From NCBI RefSeq assembly GCF_009914755.1, contig NC_060934.1: a DNA stretch of 64,000 nt; one strand, given 5' to 3'. How positions within the stretch are numbered: the stretch's first letter is position 1; the number at the start of each line of letters is the position of its first letter. Shown here piece after piece: positions 55,394 through 64,000 of this stretch. Origin of the DNA: the human T2T-CHM13v2.0 reference genome, Homo sapiens. The notes beneath the pieces were generated by a model that made no database searches, was not told the DNA's origin, and saw only the letters and a program-made list of their open reading frames with translations. Position numbers and translations under genes: made by a program.

Positions 55394-55668
55394 TAAATTC
55401 TCAAATGCATTTGAGATTATTTGGAATAGCTGTTTGAAACTTTCTAAAACTAATGTTTAAAATTAAAATAAAGTTTAACAGAATTTTTTTACTTGGCAGT
55501 TACAGCATATAATATACTAATTATGCTAAAAGTTTTTTGTTGTTGTTGTTTAAAGGAAATAGGTTTTATACAGGGTTATGCAGCAGAATCAGCCATCACA
55601 CTTTTGAAAAAAATTACAGATATATCCATCCCACTCCAGACCTATTGAATCAGAATCCTCAGGGTTGA

Positions 55669-55979
<311 letters not shown>

Positions 55980-56428
55980 GAGGCCCATATTTTTAAAGCT
56001 TCGTATGTAATTATTTACTTAAGAACCTTAGTTCTTCATCAGGTTGTGTACACTCAATATGTATAGCCTTTTGCAGGTCAGACATATCTCAATAAAGTAG
56101 TTTCGTAAAAAACACAAAATGCTTTTAGAGCTAAGAAAACTCTCTTAAATATCTAATGAACTTCTAGTTATCCTTAAAAGGAAAACTTAAATGCAGTGAA
56201 AAAAAAATGAGGTAAAAACCTGTTTTTATTATTACAAACCAACAAAATATATTTCCATAATTTAAAAACTGCTTTAATCTGGAATTTTCCCTGCTTTACA
56301 TGAGAATGCATGCAATGCAGTGTAGAGCCGTTTGCTTTCTTTTCACCCCAAGCAACTATTTCAAGGACCCCCTTTTCACAAACTCATCACGGTGAGGTGA
56401 GGTTATAGGGAATAACTAGCCAGATACT

Positions 56429-56802
<374 letters not shown>

Positions 56803-57146
56803 TTAACGTTTAGCAGAATGAGGGGCCAGCACCCTGTAGATGAACAGCTAGGCCCAAGAAACTTGGGGCTAGAGGGCACCTGCTTTAGAGTCTTGATCAC
56901 CAGTTTGAGACAAGGAAGCAAAAAACCTTCATGTTCAATTTTCGAAGAATGACAAAATAAAGTTAGGAGGACTGGTATAGCTGTGTTTATAATGAAGACC
57001 CTTTGGATCCCTGTGTGGGTCTGTCGTTTAACAGAAGTGCTAAATGGAAGGATCTAATGAATACTGCAGAAAATTAGGACATTATGTGTTTTAGACTTTG
57101 GGTAGTTAAGACTTCAATCTCTTTAGATTAAAAAAATGCATTTTGA

Positions 57147-57491
<345 letters not shown>

Positions 57492-58076
57492 CTTTAAATA
57501 AACTTTTATCAGAACACAGCCACTCTGATTTACTGACAGAGCCGAGTAGTTGTGTCAGAGACTACATGGTCCACAAAACTTAAAATATTTACGTCAGGCC
57601 CTTTACAAAAAAGTTTGCTGACCCCTGCTTTAGAAAGTTAGCTTGCTCTATTGTTCAATAAACTGCAGTTTAGGAAATGTGACTTGTATCCATTGCAGTC
57701 TATGGCTACAAAACAATGAGTTCAAATACACTTTCTAAATATCCTTTGGGATTCCTTAAAAAATACCAACATGCAGAATATTAAAATATATTTAATGTAA
57801 AGGGAGATTAGTATAAAGTTTCAGGATAAGTTTCTTTAATGCTTCAGTATGGAGATAACATGAGTTTAGCATATGTTTAACTAAAAATGAAAACCATCAA
57901 CAGCCTATTTCATTGAAAAGCGTTTTTCAAAATGCCCGTTGACAGAAATAACTTTGAAAAAAGGATTCCAGAGTGGTGATTTTTCTTGTTTTTGTAACTG
58001 AATACCTCTACAGAGAAAGTTCAGTATGCTTATTAAAATTTTAGAATTGAATATGATTTCTCTTTAACCATCGCAG

Positions 58077-58252
58077 GTGTATGCAGGGCCTCCTCCAAGT
58101 GGTGCCTACCTGGTTGCAGGGAACGCGCAGATGAGCCACCTCCAGAGCTACAGTCTTCCCCCGGAGCAGCTGTCTTCTCTCAGCCAGGCAGTGGTCCCAC
58201 CATCCGCAAACCCAGCCCTTCCTAGTCAGCAGACTCAGGCCGCTTACCCAAA
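58077..58252 (+). CDS. STAM: STAM exon 13 (176 nt), VYAGPPPSGAY...QTQAAYP
   Basis: tcgcag|GTGTAT...CCCAAA|gtaatt. Confidence 0.96.
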
Positions 58253-60679
58253 GTAATTTTACTGTTGATTCTTGTTTGGAGTTAGTGCTGTTACAGCTGT
58301 TTATGTGCCCCCAGTTATCTATAACTATAAAATCTGGCTAATAAATATCTGTGGTCAGCGTCATGCGGCCGCCCCATTTGTGCTAATGAGTGGTGGAGCC
58401 TCTGTGGTATTCCAGTACCAGCCAGCAAGCTGGTCCTCTGCTCCCGACTCGCTCAACTCATGTAATCTGGTTTCAGCCTTATATTTTTAATACTACTCTA
58501 ACCATAAGTTTTTATTGTTGTTTTTATTTGCATCTATGATATTTGATAATGTCTTTAATGAAATTTATGTTTAGTGACTATAATTTGTCATTTTTCCACA
58601 CATTTTGTATAAAATCTAAATTCTGTTATTTTAAAATATATAGTTCTGAGCTGTCTCTTTAAGACAAATATTTTCTTATTTTTGCCCTGTTTTGGAATTT
58701 AGTTTATATTATATCAAGGTACCCCATTTGAAACAAGAAGATAATAAGAAGGTAAGCACCCTTGTTTCTCAGGAGGCAGATGGCTGAATATGTGATGACA
58801 GAGGCCCATTTACTTTGCCATTTACTTACAGTGCTGTCTGTCATGTAGTTAAATGATTATTGTGTGTTTTTTCTGCTTTAATGGGACTCTAAGCTGAAAT
58901 CTTTTCCTTGAAGCAAATAAAGGATAGGCTTTTAAGAGTTTACCAACGTGTATTCTAGAAGTTACGACATTCTAGCTGGCAACAGAAGTTTCTAGGTAGC
59001 ACAGGCACAACTTCTAGAAACCTTTCCAGCAGTGTTAGGATTGCCCAGGAATGCTCCTGCACTGCCCTCTCTTGCACTACTCATCCTCAAAGAGTTACGT
59101 GTTAGAGATGCTTGGGGATTTTCAAGCATTATTCGGTTGTCAGATCTAGTATCCCGAAGTGACCTTAAGGGGGATGATGGCAAGGCCCACATGTCAGAAA
59201 ACAGGGCATTCCCTAGTGGGTTCTGTATCTTAGAAAAAAGTGTTAAGTGTAGCTTGCACTCTTGCAGGATTTTTTTTTAAGTTGAAATCTGGTGGAAATG
59301 AATACCCTTCTGGAAAATAAACAGCTGTTCTTAGAGTAGCATGTTGCTTTACAACTAGATACAAAGGGGCTAGAAGGTAGGAATTGTTGAGAAGACACTA
59401 GGGTTCCTGACTTAATAGGACCCTGCAGCTATTTTAGTATTAGCCGGAACTGCCACTTTTCCCCTGCTAGTCCTCTGTTTGACTATGTCACATGCTGCTC
59501 TACCTTCCTTGTTACTAGAGATTACTTGAGACTCATTCTTCAAGGTCGGGGCCTTGGGAAATTATCCTTGTGAATGAGATAACCTGTTGGTAGGTGCTTT
59601 AACAGTGAAGTTCTGTAGCGCTGTGGTACCCTGCTGCTGTTCTCTGTGTGTGACTCTGCTTCTGCATTCGGGATGTGAAATCCCTGGCATAGGCCCAACC
59701 CTACCCATAGAGTGTAGCTATTAATGTCACCTCTCAAGGAACACGTTTATTTCAACAGGTGTCTTTTGAAGAACATTTTCTTGAAATATTTAGCCCTCTC
59801 GTCCTGGCTCATTCCTGCATATTCTTTAGTTGTTAGCTTAGCTGCATTTTTACTGGGACATCTTCCTTGCTTTTCCACCTCTCAGCACTGTTCCTCCTGT
59901 GTGCTGTCAGAGGACTGTGTGTGTACTTCCGTTTCCTGGCTGGTAGTTGCCTTTTTACTTGTTTGTATCCCCACTGAAGACAGTATCTTGAGAGCTGGCA
60001 CTGTCTTTCACCTCTATAGCCATCCTATGTAGCACACAGTTTTACACTGGCTAGGAACTCAGTAAATATTTTATGAATACATGTTTTAGTGTTAATGACA
60101 ATTTCAAGTGCTATATTAGACCAGTTAGGTGTATTTTTTAAAAATTCCTTGCAAAGGCTTCACAAAGGCTTAGAGGCCATTTAAATATCTATATATAAAG
60201 GTACAATATGTAATATCTGTTTATCAATATATAAAAACAGATGTGTGTTTGTGTGTTTCAACGGGGAAATGAGGAATTGCTGGTAGAGCAAATGTAGGAT
60301 GAGGAAATTGGAAGGAGCGAGGGCCAGGGTTAGAAATTTCCTTGCTAGAGGTGTCCTGCGTATTTGACTCGAGCTTTCTAGCGGCAAATCAAGGTCAGTG
60401 AGGATTGTTGTTGTTTTTGGTAGGCAGGTTTTTTAGCACTCCTCAGTTTATATATATGTGAGAGGCTATCTCTTGTTACATAAAATTTTGGTGTTAAAGC
60501 TCACTGTTTTTCAGACTTCTGTCATCCTAGGACAGTCTTATTGTTAGTTGGGGAAGGTGTCACTGATGACGGTTTTCTAAAGCTACCTGTAGTGATGGTA
60601 GTATTATAAGGTGATAATAAGTGACAATTACTGTTAGTATTTTGAGACCACTGAAGCTTATGTATTTATTTGTCTCTGA

Positions 60680-61620
60680 TTTTAGTTTACTACAGTCAGC
60701 ATGTGCCAGGCACTGTGTTAGACACCTGAGAGTCTTCTTTAGCTTCAAGGTGCTTACTGAGTAGTAGGGGCAAACACATAAAAAAATATAATTTTATACA
60801 ACATGATTTATAAATAAAGAAGATATATGCCTTGTACCTTAGGAGCCTCAGGGTTTGAGGAAGTTTTCCAAGAGGGTTATTCTTAGCCAGTAGAAAAAAA
60901 GTGAGGAAGATGTTCTGTCACGTCAGAGATGTGGTAGCCTGGAATGGCATGGTACCCATGGAGTGAGCAAAGATGGGAGGTGTGAAAGGCGTGGTATGTA
61001 TCGGCATTCCAGCAGCACACTTACCAAGGGTTGAAAGCGTGTAGGGGAGCAGCGAGAGACATACTTGAAGACACTGCCAAGGTCGAAGAATGCTTGTTCT
61101 AGATACCATCTTAGGGATAATGAAAAAGTTCAGAAAGGGCTTTAAATGGCAGTAGCGTAGATGGATTCATAGGGGCAAGATTAGAAGCTGGGAGACCATG
61201 GATATTAGGCAAGAAATTATGAGTATTTGTTGGCAAGATATAGTGCTATTAATTGGAAAGAGTTATTTAGGAGATTAGCAAATAATTACACATTGGGTGA
61301 CATGGTTGGGAGACAGCTCAGTGCAGAGATAAGAGAAAGAAGTATTGGTGAATTGCATGGTTTTGCCCCAGGCAACTGGGTGGACGGTGGAACTGTAAAT
61401 TGAGAATGATTACAATAATGCTAACATTTAAGGGGTATTTAGTATGTTCCAAGCACTGTGCTGTATGCTTTACACAAAGTAACTTATTCCTCATAATAAC
61501 CTGTGAAGTCGGTAAACTATTACCCCCATTTTATAGATGGGGAAGCTGAGACCTGGAGACAAAACGGAAGTCCCACTTAGCTAAGATTCTAAACCAGACA
61601 TTCTGACTCCAGAACCCAGC
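60680..61620 (-). mobile_element. L2 fragment followed by MIR
   Basis: atgtgccaggcactgtg; ggggcaagattagaagctgggagacc; MIR core ccccattttatagatggggaagctgag; approximate. Confidence 0.65.
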
Positions 61621-62284
61621 GCATAGACTCTATATTACGGCAATATTATAGCCCATACCATTGTCAATAATAGTATGAAATTTGACATCTCCTAATCAAC
61701 TTTATATCTCACACATATGGAGTGATGACAAATAATGCCTTAGGTCACCACATTAGTTGGAGAAATGTAGCATTAAATTACCGTCTCTTATAATAAATTA
61801 CCATCAAATAATGAATTTGTGCCAAGTACAAGAGCATTGAATTTCCCAACAATAGATTTATAAATAACAATTGGAGGAAAGTTTAGAAGTAGGCAGTATT
61901 TTGAAAATTTGGCAGTTGCTTTTTATATTGCTTGTTTTACATTTTTAATACAAATGTAGGGGGAATTCTCAGCATCTTAGTACTTCTCTTCACATAGCTA
62001 ACCTAGTGTCTTACAGTGGAAACGCATGTATTCCGTTGGAAACAGGAAGACAGGAAGTAGAGGCAGTGGATAAAGACAACCCTTTGAAGAATTTTTTTCT
62101 TTCTTTTTCTAATGGGAGCAGTGCACAAGTGCAGGGACTTGAGATGGGAGTACTGGCAGCGGAGCGGTGGGAGCGGTAGGGAAGCTCAGTACGTGAGGGG
62201 TGCAGCGGCAGAGAGTTGATCAGTGTGGTGTTGGAGCGTGTGCTTCCGTATTTTCAAGGAAATAAAAGAAATGAGGTTATGAGG

Positions 62285-63762
62285 CCTTCCCTTCCACTAG
62301 TCCTTTGGGACCGTTCTTGTCAAGGACCCTGGTGATGCCCATACTGCTAGACTCCCGGTCAGTTCACCATTCTCCTCCTCCTCCATTTGACAGTTCGTGA
62401 TTCCCTCCTCTTTTCTGAAATGCTTTCTTCACTTGCTGGTGACCATTCTCTTTTCCCTTCTGCCTCACCGCCACTTCTTCTCAGCCTTATTTGCCTCTTG
62501 CCTCTTTATCTTCTGGACTTCAAGGTCCAGTGCACAGTAGATGGACTGCCTTTTTCTCTGTTTGCAGCCGCTCCCCAGGGGACCTCATGCAGCCCGGTGA
62601 TTCTGAATGCCGTGGATCTGCCGAGGATTCCCAGATGCGTATTTCTCCTCCGTACTTCCCCACAGGACAGCAGGCTTGAATAGCTGATTGCCTATGCAGG
62701 ACAACAGGCTTGAATAGCTGACTGCCTATGCATTCTCTTTGCTTGCCAGTTTTTTGGACATCAAACTTGACAGATCCAAGATTATTACTTTGATCTTCCC
62801 CACACCCCTCCCACCCCCGAGTCTACTATGGTCCCATCATAGTATTCTGAAAATCAGTGAATGGCCACTCTACCAGTTATTTCTACCAGTTTTTAGGTTC
62901 TAAACCTCAGGCATTCTGGACTCTTCTGTTCATTATCATATTTTGAAGGCATTATCTTCAAAATCTATCTAGACTCTGACCCTTTCTCCCATCTCCACCA
63001 TTACTGCCGTGGCTCTTCTGCTGGTCGGCTCTCTCCTGGTGGATCGTAATAACCTGCAGTCAGCTATCCTGGTCCAGAGGGAGCCCGTTAAACCCTGTGG
63101 AATCTTATCACGCTTCTGCTCAGAACGAGCCAGTGTCTTTCTGTCTCACTCAGAGTGTAAGCTACAGTCCTTATTGTGGCCATCAGGTGCTGTGTGTTCT
63201 CCAGCCCCCTCCCCACCACCGCAGTCCTGCCGGTGATCTTAGCTGCTCTCCCCTCGGCACCCCCTGCGGCCCCCTCTGCCGCAGCACTCGTGGCCTGCTG
63301 TTCCTTGAACATGCTTGGTGTTTTCTCTCCTCAAAGGCTTCTTTCTGTTTACCTGAAATGTACTTTCCTAGGGAATCTATCTGGCTCACTCGCTTACTTT
63401 TTCCACATCTTTGCTTAAGTATTGCCTTATTGGAGAGGCACCCTACCATAAACTAGAATCCCTTGCCCCAGCTGCTCTTTGTCCTCCGTATTGGGCTTTG
63501 TTTTTGTTCTTACCAGTTAGAACCACTTGACACACGATACATGTGTTTGTTACCCTTTTCTACCACTAGAACAGACGCTCCATGGTGGTATAGACTTATT
63601 TCCGCAAACCACCCCCCCCCCCAACTTTTTTTACACAATGGTTAAATAACACACATATTTTTAATGCAATGCCTGATATCACAAAGCCTAAAATAACAAT
63701 GTTTGGCACATTATAGCTGTTTAGTAAAAGGTTATTAAATGAATTGACTATATGAATGAATG
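62285..63762 (+). mobile_element. L2 3' portion ending about 80 nt before the exon 14 acceptor
   Basis: Pyrimidine-rich L2 motifs (tccctcctcttttctgaaatgc, ctgttccttgaacatgc); terminal tgaatgaatg. Confidence 0.7.
62663..62730 (+). repeat. 34-bp tandem duplication (2 copies, 2 mismatches)
   Basis: caggacagcaggcttgaatagctgattgcctatg / caggacaacaggcttgaatagctgactgcctatg. Confidence 0.95.
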
Positions 63763-63844
63763 CTTAGTAAATAGCTTTTCCATTTATCTGTAGTTGCTCT
63801 ATAAATCAGTATTGATGTAATTGAGTGTTTTTCTTCCTCCACAG

Positions 63845-64000
63845 TACAATGGTCAGTTCCGTTCAAGGAAACACATATCCCAGCCAGGCGCCAGTATATA
63901 GTCCTCCTCCTGCCGCTACTGCTGCTGCTGCAACTGCCGATGTCACTCTGTACCAGAATGCAGGACCTAATATGCCCCAGGTGCCAAACTATAACTTAAC
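63845..64000 (+). CDS. STAM: STAM exon 14 (last coding exon, cut by window end), NTMVSSVQGNTYPSQAPVYSPPPAATAAAATADVTLYQNAGPNMPQVPNYNL
   Basis: ccacag|TACAATG; AA|T completes Asn from exon 13; frame open to the end of the window. Confidence 0.96.

Noticed and set aside
62387-63645. Dense overlapping ORFs up to 119 aa
   Set aside because: They lie in a GC-richer degraded L2; no recognisable domain and no splice-consistent frame with STAM.
63912-63938. Alanine-rich codon run (AATAAAATA) in exon 14 as an expansion-prone repeat
   Set aside because: Only three pure GCT units, interrupted by other codons; a normal part of STAM.

Overview
Primate (almost certainly human) genomic DNA covering most of the STAM (STAM1, ESCRT-0 subunit) gene on the + strand. 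The window starts inside intron 1, contains coding exons 2-13 in full and ends inside the last coding exon 14. Every exon has canonical AG/GT boundaries, and the spliced frame reads [12 protein letters not shown]... (VHS), EEEDLAKAIELSL (UIM), [19 protein letters not shown]...WWKG (SH3), the GAT/coiled-coil/ITAM region and the Pro/Gln-rich tail. The introns are filled with transposons: about 20 Alus (many with clean TSDs), a FAM, a 5'-truncated sense-strand SVA with a perfect 11-bp TSD, solo LTRs (MER50, MER21-like, MER73/74-like, MaLR), L1M, L2, MIR, and hAT/Tigger DNA transposons. Most ORF-track entries are repeat-derived or chance ORFs. I see no convincing new protein-coding system. The most unusual observations are: (1) a lone, ancient-type alpha-satellite monomer inserted into the poly(A) signal of an LTR, with a templated junction duplication; (2) a phase-0/phase-0, 297-nt block of exons 10-12 bracketed by inverted Alus, which would give a stop-free circular ORF; (3) the young SVA; (4) a candidate intronic polyadenylation site after exon 13. 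Repeat subfamily names and many old-repeat boundaries are from recognition by eye and need RepeatMasker/Dfam confirmation.
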